64,000 nucleotides of DNA from an uncultured Gemmatimonadales bacterium (GTDB taxonomy: Bacteria > Gemmatimonadota > Gemmatimonadetes > Longimicrobiales > RSA9). Shown one piece after another: positions 1 to 9,631 of this stretch; the stretch's first letter is position 1; every line of letters begins with the position of its first letter. A model generated the notes under the pieces. The model was not told the DNA's origin. It saw nothing but the letters and a program-made list of their open reading frames with translations, and did not search any database. Both the position numbers and the translations under genes were made by a program. Where the stretch lies: assembly GCA_963798085.1 (NCBI GenBank), contig CAWCRS010000002.1:320001-384000 (forward strand), written 5' to 3'.

Positions 1-488
1 AAGGCTGTGCCCAGGTCCACGTTCAGCCCGAAAAAGCTGACCTGGCGCGCGCGATCGGCCGCGCTCGCACCCCGCACGATACCCAGCAGGCTGCCGAAGG
101 AACGCTCGACCTCGGTCGCCATCCGGGCGCGCGTCAGTCCCCCAATCCTCGCCTGCTCGGCGTTGAATGATGGGTCGGGCACCCAGCTCGGCTTGTCGAA
201 CTTCCACATGGTGGGAAACAGCGTGGCTTCATTCACGATCAGCGTGAACACCTCACGCACCGAGCGCACGCCTTCCATCGGGCGCCAGTCGTACGTGCTG
301 TCCGGAAAGGCCTTCGCCAGCGCCAGGAACTTGTCGCGCAGCTGCTCGATGTCCGCCACCTGCGCCTCGGCGGACGTCCTGGTGCCGCCGCCCATGTACT
401 GGGCCGCTGCCGGCGAGCGCACGCCTGCCGTTGCCGCCAGCGCTGCCGCCGCCCACCACTGCCATCGGAACTGAATCCGGCTGGACAT
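1..488 (-). CDS. DinB-family protein with signal peptide (runs off the window)
   Basis: Manual translation from ATG 488 (RBS GGAGG): MSSRIQFRWQWWAAAAL...KFLALAKAFPDSTYDWRPMEGVRSVREVF, a DinB-like 'YDWRP..GVRS' motif. Confidence 0.7.
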   Translation of the reverse strand, partial: MSSRIQFRWQWWAAAALAATAGVRSPAAAQYMGGGTRTSAEAQVADIEQLRDKFLALAKAFPDSTYDWRPMEGVRSVREVFTLIVNEATLFPTMWKFDKPSWVPDPSFNAEQARIGGLTRARMATEVERSFGSLLGIVRGASAADRARQVSFFGLNVDLGTA

Positions 489-1045
489 CGTGACCTCCGT
501 GCGCGTTCCCGTTCCTGCGGGTGCGCCTGTATAACGCACCGTTGCGTGTCATGCGGACGCGCAGTGTCGGGCCCCGGTGCGCGCACGGGCAAAGCCCCAG
601 TGACGAGTGCGGGGCGGGATCATGCCGGATCTCCGCCCGCCGTGACGGGCCGTTGCCGCGCGCAAGACAGTGTTGTGGCGAATCGCCGGCCAATGGCGAG
701 GCGGTCAGGGCCAGATCGTGCGCCAGTGCTCCCGCGCCGGATGAACGGCCGCGCCAATCACGCCGCCGACGGCGGCGCCCACGCCAAAGCCGATGGCCAG
801 CGCCCGGCCCGGCTTGCACGCTGCGCCGCACAGAAACGCGTTCCCCAGCAGCGCGAGCAGACCGAAAGGGCACGCCGCCCTTCAACCAGCGAATGCACAG
901 GCGCTGCTCTGCGGATTGCTGCTGCGCCCGCACGCTCAATGCGGGCGGCCTCCTCGCCGCCGCATTCGAGCCGGCAGCGCAGCAGCCGGCAGCCACGCGG
1001 ATGCCGCCACGCAGCACCAGCGAGCCTGTGACCGGGCGCGCAAGA

Positions 1046-1831
1046 TCAGTGCGGCACCGGGCTGCGCGGCCGCGCCGCGCCGTACGTCTTGAACGACAGC
1101 GCGCGCAACTGCGTGCCTGCGCCGGTACCCGGGTCAATGCGCAGCAACACGCCGTTAGGAACACTGATGTTTGCCCCGTCCGTGAGTCCGTACAGCTGAC
1201 CGTCCACGAACACCAGACCCCAGACGTTTGGATAGCCAATGTTCCCGGCGCTGCCTGCGGGCGTTGCCTCACCCGTCGTCGTATTCACGGTCACCAGCAT
1301 GTCCGGCGTGCCCACGCCGAGTATCGTGGCGTACAGCGTGCCATTCGCTGCGTAGGCAATGTCGCCGCTGGAGAGCAGCGAATGGCCGTAGTTGCCCACC
1401 AGTGTCGCCAGGCCGGTCACCGTGTCGATCACGGAGAGGCTGCCCGCCAGGCCCGCGCCCATCAGCTGGCCATTGGGCGCGAACGTCAGCGCGTTCATGT
1501 CGGTCGCGCCCAGCGTGCCAATGCGCGTCGCCAGTGCGGTCGCCGGGTCGATCCGGTACAGCTCCTCGGATGTAACGGCCCATAACCCGCCGTTGGGCGC
1601 GAGCGCAAGGTCGGTCAGCTGCAGGTTGACGCCAGCCGACGTGTGTATCGGCGCAATCATCGAATCCGTGCCGGTCGCGCTGAGCGGCACGCGGTAGAGG
1701 ATCGAGAGAAAGCCGCCGACGGCGTAGATGGCGTTGCGTGGCTTCTGCGACTGGCCGGGGCCGGTCGAGTCCTTGCAGGCACTCGTGAAGGCACACGCCA
1801 GCAGGATTGCAAGGGAAACGGGACGCCGCAT
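1046..1831 (-). CDS. Lipoprotein with beta-propeller-like repeats
   Basis: Lipobox-like TSAC; repeated 'LYRIDPATALATRIG / IDTVTGLATLVG / VNTTTGEATPAG' blades. Confidence 0.65.
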   Translation of the reverse strand: MRRPVSLAILLACAFTSACKDSTGPGQSQKPRNAIYAVGGFLSILYRVPLSATGTDSMIAPIHTSAGVNLQLTDLALAPNGGLWAVTSEELYRIDPATALATRIGTLGATDMNALTFAPNGQLMGAGLAGSLSVIDTVTGLATLVGNYGHSLLSSGDIAYAANGTLYATILGVGTPDMLVTVNTTTGEATPAGSAGNIGYPNVWGLVFVDGQLYGLTDGANISVPNGVLLRIDPGTGAGTQLRALSFKTYGAARPRSPVPH

Positions 1832-2107
1832 GGGAAAACTCCAGATCAGGGTTGAACGCTGCTCCGGCAAGCAACCCTATAGTGCGCGTTCCGGTTCCTG
1901 AAACCGTCACGACCCACACTTCGCCGGAGCGCTGCGCTCCGTCCCCTGCCCTGCCGGCCATTCCGCCGGAGGCTTCCGCCTGCTGGCGGCCGCGCACGAG
2001 CCCGCGACGCCATGACTGGCCGCGGCCGGGCTCACGGGCAACGCGCCCCAGGTCGAAGAGCGCGGCTCGGCGCGCGCACCGGCACGTTCCATATAGTCAG
2101 CGGGGCA

Positions 2108-3484
2108 TCAGTTCGCGTCTTTCCGCGTGTGCATTCCGGACAGCACCTCATCTACCCAGGCTTTCATCTCCGGGTACGCGTCGACGCGGGCGCCAAGCGC
2201 AATGAGCGCTCGCACAACAGCGGGATAGTCGATACCGTCGACCGGCGAGTGGACCGCGAACCACAGGGTGCTGTCCAGCACCGTGCCGCCGTAGCGGTTC
2301 AGCGTTTCCAGTGACGCGCCGTGCGCGATCAGCTGGCGCACGAGGTCGAGTCGCCCACGGGCGGCGGCCGTGTGGAGCGCGGTCATGTCTCCATCCGCGC
2401 CGGCTGCATCGACGCCCTTCCGCAGCAGCAGTTCGACGACGTCGCCACGACCGTAGCGGCAGGCCCATGTCAGCGCGTAACCCAGATGCACGGCGGGATC
2501 CTGCGGCAGGTGCGGCCACGGGACATCGACCAGAGGCGAGCCCGGCAACAGTCTGCCGTTGTCGTCGACGAAGCGGTCCACGAGATCAGCACGACCCATG
2601 GCCGCGGCCGAGATCACGTTGTCGGTGCGCGCGCCGCGCAACACCAGCGTTTCAGCTGCCCGCGGATACCCGAACATGAGCGACGTCATCAGCGGCGAGC
2701 CGTCGTCCGCCACGCCGTTGATCGCCGCGCCATGGTTCAGCAGCACCTCGACCAGTGCGCTCTGCACGCCCACAGCGTGCGGATGCACGCTCGACACCAG
2801 CATCTCCATCGTGGTGCACTGGTGGTCGTACATGCTGGCCAGCGCATCCGCCGCGGCGCCGGCCTCGAGCAGCACCGTCGCGATCGCGACGGCGTTGCGC
2901 GGCGAGCGCTGGCGGAAGCCCTCGTGGCCGTTGGCTGCGGTGTAATGCAGCAGTGTGGCGCGGTGCTCGCGTGTCGACCTCGCGTGCACGAGTCGCGGGC
3001 TTGCGTCGATCAGGCGCTGCACGGTCGCCAGGTCACCCGTCACAATGGCGTCGGCCGCTGTTTCGAAGTCCGACACCGCGGACCCCGGCTGGTCGCGCGA
3101 TGCAATGTGCTTCACGAACTTCGGCCAGGACTCAAAACCATGCAGTCGCGCGATGACGAGCTGTGCCTCGGAGAGCTGCAGTCGTGCCGGCGCACCGTCC
3201 GCCGGCAGCAGGCGTGAGCGACGCACGTCTTCCACGACTGCGTTCGCTTCGCGATCCATTCTTGCCGCGTCCGGTTCGCTGGCATGGCTGCGCCCGACCC
3301 ACGCCGGCGGCGCGCTCGCTGACTGTAACCGGGCGAGTCGCCGGATCCATGCCGCGGCCCAGGCGAGGACCGCACCGGCATCGCCCGTGTGCGCTGCCCC
3401 GAGCAGATCCCTGGCCAGTGTTCTGTATTGCGCGAGATTCGGGCGAGGTGCGAGCGGGATGGCGTCGGTGAAGCGGGTCTTCAT
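2108..3484 (-). CDS. Ankyrin-repeat protein with conserved N-terminal 'PxRPxL...AQxxIARxHGFxSW' domain
   Basis: ANK motifs (TLLHYTAA, SPLMTS, TALHTAAARGRLDLVRQLIAHGA); RBS AAAGGAG. Confidence 0.85.
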   Translation of the reverse strand: MKTRFTDAIPLAPRPNLAQYRTLARDLLGAAHTGDAGAVLAWAAAWIRRLARLQSASAPPAWVGRSHASEPDAARMDREANAVVEDVRRSRLLPADGAPARLQLSEAQLVIARLHGFESWPKFVKHIASRDQPGSAVSDFETAADAIVTGDLATVQRLIDASPRLVHARSTREHRATLLHYTAANGHEGFRQRSPRNAVAIATVLLEAGAAADALASMYDHQCTTMEMLVSSVHPHAVGVQSALVEVLLNHGAAINGVADDGSPLMTSLMFGYPRAAETLVLRGARTDNVISAAAMGRADLVDRFVDDNGRLLPGSPLVDVPWPHLPQDPAVHLGYALTWACRYGRGDVVELLLRKGVDAAGADGDMTALHTAAARGRLDLVRQLIAHGASLETLNRYGGTVLDSTLWFAVHSPVDGIDYPAVVRALIALGARVDAYPEMKAWVDEVLSGMHTRKDAN

Positions 3485-3513
3485 ACGAAGCTCCTTTCAG
3501 GGAAATCGCCTGG

Positions 3514-3594
3514 AGTCCGCACAAAGCAGGCTGAAAGAAGTTTCGTAACTTCGGCTGTTGTGCTTCCGGGTGGGCACGGCCCTTTCCGCGGACT
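3514..3594 (-). ncRNA. Candidate cis-regulatory RNA leader, copy 1
   Basis: AGTCCGC/GCGGACT closing stem; AAA-GGGC-CGT-GCCC-ACCCGG; GAAGTT-ACGA-AACTTC hairpin; homologous to 6144-6223 and 55532-55610. Confidence 0.75.
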
Positions 3595-3713
3595 GGATGC
3601 GCCCCGAGCGCTGCGCTCAAACTGGCATCGCGGGGCGGCCCGGACAAGGCACCTTCACACGCAACGTGCCGCTGCACGGATGGCCTGGCGCGCAAGCCCG
3701 GCGTGCGCGTGAC

Positions 3714-4616
3714 TCAGGTCGTCTGCCAGAGCGCGTACGCCACCACCGCGATCACCCAGCCCGCGAGCACAATGTTGAACGCGATCATCAGCCCAAGACC
3801 GCTCCCGATCGCACGCCCCCAGCGGTGCCGGTACGCCCGCCGCAGTGACAGGATCAGGTGTAGCAAGGCAGCCAGCGTGAGGAACCCGACGACATAGCGA
3901 TCGACGGCAACCGGCAGCAGTCGCTCGATGCCCATGGCGAGCATGAAAAACGCGATCCAGTTCAGGGCGAATACCAGGTGCAGCAGTGGCGGATGCCTCG
4001 GGCTGAACAGGAACAGCGCCAGGGCAAAGGCCAGAATCGAACCGATCATGAAAGGCGGCAGCCCCTGGCTGACCGCCGAGCGGAAACGCTCCCGGAACAG
4101 ATCCGGCGATACTCCGCGCGCGGAAAGCGCCGCCAGCTGCTCCGTCGAGATGCTCTGGAACGTCTTTACGCTGCTCAGCGAACTGACGATCTGATTGTCC
4201 GGCGTAACCTGAACGAACGGACGGAGCGAGTTGGCAAGGAAGAAGACGGCCGCAGCCAGCAGGTACAGCTGCAGCGGCTGCATGTAGCGCGCGCGCCGTC
4301 CTCCCAGGAACGCGACCGTCAGCTCGCCAGGTCGAAACACGAGATCGAGCAGACTGCGCACCGGCCGCGAGCGGATGTCGAGCACGTCGCTCAGCGACTC
4401 GGCCAGGAACGCTCTCAACGAATTGCCGCCGCGCTCCGCGCCCTGACCGCACTGATGGCAGAACGGACCCAGCAGCGCTGCGCCGCAACTGGCGCAGCCG
4501 GCAGCGGATTCCTCACCCTCTCCGAATGGCGTGTTAGCAGGACTGCTTTGTCGTGACACGTCAGCGCGTCCAGCTGGCGCAGCCCGGGCGGTACGTCCAC
4601 GGCGACTGCCCGCCAC
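3714..4616 (-). CDS. DUF3667-like membrane protein with N-terminal zinc ribbon (true start possibly GTG 4559)
   Basis: CASCGAALLGPFCHQCGQ; 'RPGELT..FLGGRRARYMQPLQLYL'; several TM segments. Confidence 0.75.
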   Translation of the reverse strand: MAGSRRGRTARAAPAGRADVSRQSSPANTPFGEGEESAAGCASCGAALLGPFCHQCGQGAERGGNSLRAFLAESLSDVLDIRSRPVRSLLDLVFRPGELTVAFLGGRRARYMQPLQLYLLAAAVFFLANSLRPFVQVTPDNQIVSSLSSVKTFQSISTEQLAALSARGVSPDLFRERFRSAVSQGLPPFMIGSILAFALALFLFSPRHPPLLHLVFALNWIAFFMLAMGIERLLPVAVDRYVVGFLTLAALLHLILSLRRAYRHRWGRAIGSGLGLMIAFNIVLAGWVIAVVAYALWQTT

Positions 4617-4736
4617 AGCCGACGTCCCCCCTGGCGATGTTCATGGCACACACCTCAGAGGCAAACGCGTTCAGCCACCAGACCTCCTTCGGGTCGGCCA
4701 GTGATTCGATGGCCAGGCGCTCGTGTGGAATGTGCA

Positions 4737-6116
4737 CTATTGCGGCGCCTCGCGGGCAGAGTCAACCACGGGCTGGCTGAACATCAGCTCGATACCATCC
4801 GGGTCGCGGATGCCGAACTCGCGCTGCCCGTAGAAAGCGGTGTGCAGGTCCTGCGTGAACCGTATCCCGGGACCGGATGGCGACGCCGCTCTTCCCGCAT
4901 GCTCCCGCTCGATCTGCCGGCGCCTGAGCGTCGCGTACAACGCATCGAGCCGGTCCGTGCGGATCCACAGGCTGAGCGCCGTGGTGGCGCCTCGCCAGGG
5001 ATCGCTCGACGGCACGAACATGATGTTGGCGGCACCGAAAGACAGGTGCGCCCAGTCCAGCCGGCCGTCCTCCGCGTGGCTGTCGCTCAGCACGAATCCG
5101 ATCGCCTGGTACCAGTCCACCGTGGCCGCCATGTCGCGCACACCCACCATGGGCGTGAGGCCGCCCACTGATGCGGCCAGGCTCGCCGCATCCACACGCG
5201 GCGTTGCGGGTGGCTCGGGCTCGGTTGCGCCCGCTTCGCGCAGCAGACGCATGGCCTCGCGGTCCCCGCGCAGCATCGCGATCTCGAGCGGCGTGCGTCC
5301 CTTCGCATCGCGCGCCTCCACGTCCGCACCCAGCGCGAGCAGCAGCTCGAGCGTGTGGTAGTGCTCGCCCGTGCGGAACAGGCCGCCCACGAGTCCGTCC
5401 GGCGGCGCGATCACGTAGTGCAACGCCGTCTGCTCCTGCTCGAAGCGTGACAGCCGGCGGCGAATGGCGTTCGGATCGTGGGCGACGACGCTCTTCACGA
5501 TCCCGGCTTCGCCCATGGCAATCGCCGAGAAGATGTGGTGGCGCGCACCGCGCGAGACGAGCAGTGCCACCACATCGCGGCGCGCCTCTCCGAACACGGT
5601 GGCGGCTCCGATCACGTCCAGCTGATGCACATCGCCGTACCCGTGCACATCCGACCCGCCGTCCAGCAGTGCGCGCACGGACTCGATCGGCCCGTGTCCA
5701 GCCGCGCCGTGCAGCGGCAGCGCATGGTCGCCGGCATCGCGCGCGTTCGGGTACGCGCCCCGCTCCAGCAGCAGCTGCACCGCGTCCGGGTGGCGCACCG
5801 CCAGGTGCAGTCCGGTGGTGCCTTCGCGACTGCGTGCCGTGACGAGGTGAGGATCCTGATCGAGCAGAGCACGCAGCGCAGCGGTGTCGCCTGCGACACA
5901 CGCCGCGAACCACGCGTCCTGTGCGGGAACATTGCGACGGTCCAGCTCGGCCTTCAGTGCCCGCCAGCTCGGAAATCCGTGCTCGCGCGCAACGGCCCGC
6001 TGCGCTTCGCTGAGACGCGCCGTCGGTTGCGTCGCGCGCAGCTCGCGCAGCCGTTCCTTGGCCAGCTTGCGCAGGTACTCGAGGGATGGACGTTCAGGAA
6101 GATCGATGCCCGGCAT
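4737..6116 (-). CDS. Ankyrin-repeat protein with the conserved N-terminal domain, fused to a C-terminal VOC/glyoxalase domain
   Basis: LPERPSLEYLRKLAK...AQRAVAREHGFPSW; ANK repeats; VOC motifs 'TPMVGVRDMAATVDWY..IGF' and 'FYGQREFGIRDPDG'. Confidence 0.85.
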   Translation of the reverse strand: MPGIDLPERPSLEYLRKLAKERLRELRATQPTARLSEAQRAVAREHGFPSWRALKAELDRRNVPAQDAWFAACVAGDTAALRALLDQDPHLVTARSREGTTGLHLAVRHPDAVQLLLERGAYPNARDAGDHALPLHGAAGHGPIESVRALLDGGSDVHGYGDVHQLDVIGAATVFGEARRDVVALLVSRGARHHIFSAIAMGEAGIVKSVVAHDPNAIRRRLSRFEQEQTALHYVIAPPDGLVGGLFRTGEHYHTLELLLALGADVEARDAKGRTPLEIAMLRGDREAMRLLREAGATEPEPPATPRVDAASLAASVGGLTPMVGVRDMAATVDWYQAIGFVLSDSHAEDGRLDWAHLSFGAANIMFVPSSDPWRGATTALSLWIRTDRLDALYATLRRRQIEREHAGRAASPSGPGIRFTQDLHTAFYGQREFGIRDPDGIELMFSQPVVDSAREAPQ

Positions 6117-6143
6117 GATACCCTTCCTTCCGTGGTGCCCGGT

Positions 6144-6223
6144 GTCCGCGTTGCTCGGGCTGGAAGTCAGGGTCGCTGACCGATGATGACGTCATCCGGG
6201 TGGGTTCAACCCTTTACGCGGAC
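6144..6223 (-). ncRNA. Candidate cis-regulatory RNA leader, copy 2
   Basis: GTCCGCGT/ACGCGGAC closing stem; AAA-GGGT-TGA-ACCC-ACCCGG; GATG-ACGT-CATC and GTCAG-CGACC-CTGAC hairpins. Confidence 0.75.
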
Positions 6224-6280
6224 CGACGGCCGCCCTGCCGGCCGGCAGTGAATCTAATCGACGGTTCGATCCGCGGGCAA

Positions 6281-8968
6281 TCATTCGCTCTCGTGCAGGG
6301 CTCGCGCGGGTGGCACACGGCTGGCCCGCAGCGCGGGCGCGAGCGCGGCAAGCAGCGCCACCAGCATCAGCGTCGCCGGCACCATGGTCAGCACCAGAAC
6401 GTCACGGGGAGGCGTGCGGAAGAGGAAGCCGCGCAACGCAGGCGCGGCAAGCGCCGTGATGGCGGTCCCGGCAAGAGTCGCCGCACCGGCAACCATGGCG
6501 TTGGTCCGCAGCACGTCCAGAAGAATGCCGGCGGGCCGCGCACCCAGCGAGTTGCGAATGGCGAATTCGCGCGTCTGCCGCACCACGCTGAAGGAAACGA
6601 CACCGGTCACGCCCACCGCGGCAATGATCAGCGCGAGCGCGCCGAAAACGGACAGCAGCGCCGCCAGAAAACGCTCTACTGCCGTGCTCGCGCGCAGCAC
6701 GTCGCGCATCGTGGTCGCAGGACCCACCGCCACACCCGGATCCATGGCGGCAACGACGGCGCGCACCGCAGGGAGCACGGTTGCCGGCGCATTCGCTGCC
6801 TGCAGCACAACGGTGAGATTGCGCACCCAGCCGGCACTGAACGTGGCAACCTGTGGCAACGACAGGAGAATCTCGGGTGCTGCTTCGGCGCTCAGGCTGC
6901 TGCTCCGCACATCGTCATACACGCCCACAATGGTGATCAGGCCGAACGCTGGGGGTGCGAATGTCGCGCGCACCCGCCTGCCGATGGCCGAAACGCCCGG
7001 CCAGAGCATGTGCGCCGCCGAACGATTCACCAGCGCGACATTCATGCTGCCGGCGCGATCGCCCGCCGCGAGATCGCGGCCTTCCGCCAGCGCAATGCCC
7101 AGGGTCCGCAGGTATCCGGCGGATGCGGCCTGCACTGCGACGCCCACGCGGTCTTCGCGATCCACCGCGTCCTCACGCACGACGTACTCGAAGCGCTGCG
7201 CGTCGCGCAGCGGCAGGCCGCGCACGACTGCAATGGCGCGCACCGCGTCCATGCTCTCGAGGCGCTGCTGCAGCGCGTCATAGAAGCCCGTGATGGCGGC
7301 TGCGTTCGCGTAGCGCGTCACCGGCAGCGTCAGATCCAGCACTGCGCGCGACGCGGCATCCAGCCCCGGATTCACCGCGTTCAGCGCGAGCAGTGAACGC
7401 ACCAGCAGCGACGCGCCGGCCAGGAGGACCGTGGCCAGCGCTACCTGGCTCGCCACCAGCACACGCAGTCCGTGCGAAGCACCTGTCCGCCCGCGACCCG
7501 AGCTGCGCAGCAGGACGGACGGATCCTGCCGTGCCGCGTGCCACGCGGGTGCGAGCGTGAACAGCACGCCTGTCAACAGCGACAGCGCCAGCGCGAACAG
7601 CACGACGCGCGCGTCCAGCATGACGCCCCCCGTGCCCGGCAGATCGCGTGGCGCCAGTCGCAGCATGAGCGGCATCCCGCTCCCGGCCAGCAGCAGACCG
7701 ACCAGACCCCCCGCGCACCCCAGCACCACACCTTCCAGCAGCACCGGCCTCGCCACGCGTGCGCCGCTGCCACCCAGCGCGATGCGCACACCCACCTCCG
7801 ACCGGCGGGTCTCGCTCCTCGCTAACAGAAGATTGGCGACATTGGCACAGGCCAGCAGCAGCAGCAGACCGGACGCGAAGCAGAGCAGCACGGCGACCCG
7901 GCGCGCCGAGCCCAGCACGCGGTCACCCAGCAGCGCAATCTGCGCATCGTGCCCGTCCAGGCCGAACGAGTGCTGCCCCGCATAACGCCGAGCCCACACG
8001 CGCTCGAGGTTTTCCAGCTCGGTACGCACGGCCCTGACCGGAACACCCGGCCGCAGCGAGGCGATCGCCACCAGGCCGTGACCGGACCGGTCCGTGGCCC
8101 AGGACGCCGGGTCCAGGACAGCGTGCACCCAGACGTCGGCCGCCACGCCCGGCAGGTGCACGTCAGGCGCCAGCACACCGATGATGGCCACGGTCCGCGA
8201 ACCTGCTGTTAGCGTGCCTCCCCGCACAATGCCGGCATCGCCCCCGTACGCGGACTGCCAGAGCCCGTGCGAGATCAGCGCCACGGGCGGTGCTCCCACG
8301 ACGTTGTCGCTCGCACCCGGCAGTCTGCCCGCCGCCGTGCGCGCGCCCACCAGCCGGTAAATGTCCCCCACCGTGTTCGCCACCGTCACAACGCGCGCAG
8401 GGCCGCCCGCCACCGGCTGCAGCAGCAGCGATCCGGGAAACCAGCCACCCGTGTGCTCGAAGCTCTTCACGTCCCGGCTCAGGTCCGTGAATTCCGCCGC
8501 CGAAACCAGAAACGCCTGTCCCGGCTGCCGCTCGAACGTGCTCCAGATCGAGACCAGGCGATCCTCGTCCGGCAGACCGAGTCCGCGCAACACCGTCGCG
8601 TCCACCACCGAGAACACCGCGGTCGTGGCGCCAATGCCCAGCCCCACCGTGAGGATGGCGACCGCGGCAAAGCCCGGACGCCGCCGCAGTCCGCGCAGCG
8701 CCACGCGCACGTCTGCTGACAGCCCTGTCAGCAGGCCCCGGGACACGCCCGGCTCCACCGCCAGCGGAGACACCGGATCTCCCGTGACACGTACCACGAC
8801 CGCAGTCCAGAGGACATCGCGGAGTGCGCGCAGCACCAGCCACCCGCGCGCCGGCCAGGCGGATTCTTCCCACTGCTCCTCGAACATGCGCGCCATCTCA
8901 TCGCCGTACCGGCGACGGAAACGGCCCGGCAGAAGCCGCAGCAGAACGCGATAGACGCCGCCCATCAC
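6281..8968 (-). CDS. ADOP-type duplicated MacB/FtsX permease
   Basis: 'LGIGATTAVFSVV', 'LLLLACANVANLLLAR', second FtsX half 'REFAIRNSLGA'; no ATPase adjacent. Confidence 0.9.
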   Translation of the reverse strand: MMGGVYRVLLRLLPGRFRRRYGDEMARMFEEQWEESAWPARGWLVLRALRDVLWTAVVVRVTGDPVSPLAVEPGVSRGLLTGLSADVRVALRGLRRRPGFAAVAILTVGLGIGATTAVFSVVDATVLRGLGLPDEDRLVSIWSTFERQPGQAFLVSAAEFTDLSRDVKSFEHTGGWFPGSLLLQPVAGGPARVVTVANTVGDIYRLVGARTAAGRLPGASDNVVGAPPVALISHGLWQSAYGGDAGIVRGGTLTAGSRTVAIIGVLAPDVHLPGVAADVWVHAVLDPASWATDRSGHGLVAIASLRPGVPVRAVRTELENLERVWARRYAGQHSFGLDGHDAQIALLGDRVLGSARRVAVLLCFASGLLLLLACANVANLLLARSETRRSEVGVRIALGGSGARVARPVLLEGVVLGCAGGLVGLLLAGSGMPLMLRLAPRDLPGTGGVMLDARVVLFALALSLLTGVLFTLAPAWHAARQDPSVLLRSSGRGRTGASHGLRVLVASQVALATVLLAGASLLVRSLLALNAVNPGLDAASRAVLDLTLPVTRYANAAAITGFYDALQQRLESMDAVRAIAVVRGLPLRDAQRFEYVVREDAVDREDRVGVAVQAASAGYLRTLGIALAEGRDLAAGDRAGSMNVALVNRSAAHMLWPGVSAIGRRVRATFAPPAFGLITIVGVYDDVRSSSLSAEAAPEILLSLPQVATFSAGWVRNLTVVLQAANAPATVLPAVRAVVAAMDPGVAVGPATTMRDVLRASTAVERFLAALLSVFGALALIIAAVGVTGVVSFSVVRQTREFAIRNSLGARPAGILLDVLRTNAMVAGAATLAGTAITALAAPALRGFLFRTPPRDVLVLTMVPATLMLVALLAALAPALRASRVPPARALHESE

Positions 8969-9318
8969 GGGCCGGCACCCTCGATCAGCGCGGAAACGTC
9001 CGCCGAACTCAACAGCGACGCGAGCCGCCTCGCCTCCTCCGCCAGCAACGCCTCGCCTGAGGGCGTCAACGTGTAGAACACTCCCCGCCGCACGTCCTCC
9101 GCCTGCAGCGCCGGTGCCTTCACGGTCCGGATCACACCCCTCGCCTCCAGCCGTGCGATCAGCCGGTACAGCCCGCCGGCATCGAGATCGATCCGCCCTT
9201 CCGAGCGCGCCCGCACTTCCTTCTTAATGCCGTACCCGTGCAGTGCGCGCCCACGCAGCGACAGCAGCACGAGGAACGTGTGCGGCGGCAGCGGCAGCAG
9301 ATCGTCGGTCGATTTCAT
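8965..9318 (-). CDS. PadR-family transcriptional regulator
   Basis: MKSTDDLL...HGYGIKKEV...GGLYRLIARLE...FYTLTPSG; overlaps the permease start. Confidence 0.85.
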   Translation of the reverse strand: MKSTDDLLPLPPHTFLVLLSLRGRALHGYGIKKEVRARSEGRIDLDAGGLYRLIARLEARGVIRTVKAPALQAEDVRRGVFYTLTPSGEALLAEEARRLASLLSSADVSALIEGAGP

Positions 9319-9325
9319 GGCAGTC

Positions 9326-9392
9326 GTCGTCTGATATATGTCAACGTCATATAAGACGACGTCAGCATACCCTCTCGCCGCGCCTGCGTCAA
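9326..9392 (-). promoter_or_regulatory. Sigma70 promoter (TTGACG-N17-TATGCT) followed by a palindromic operator
   Basis: -35 at 9392-9387, -10 at 9369-9364; TATATG-N7-CATATA at 9335-9353, extended by GTCGTC/GACGAC. Confidence 0.7.
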
Positions 9393-9631
9393 GACTGATC
9401 GTGGGGAAAGCCGTCGTCCGGAAGGCGGATCGGCAGGGACCGAGTCCGCAGGTCACGCACGCACGCGCCACACGCCATCGGGCGCGAGGCGCCGGTGTGT
9501 GTCGTCTGCTCGCGCCGTACGTGCGGACGCGACGAGTGTGACTGCCGGACGCCTGGCCGCGCCCGGGCCCACGAACGCGGCGTTGCCGCAGCGGCAACCG
9601 CATCAACACGGAGTTAGAGGCTGGCCCTCGC

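Noticed and set aside
253..1585. Long Arg/Ala-rich ORFs (253-1272 -, 521-1585 +)
   Set aside because: Low-complexity GC-driven frames overlapping better-supported genes.
3514..3594. Leader elements as rho-independent terminators, REPs or tRNAs
   Set aside because: No U-tract, no tRNA T-loop or CCA, and found only 5' of one gene family in sense orientation.
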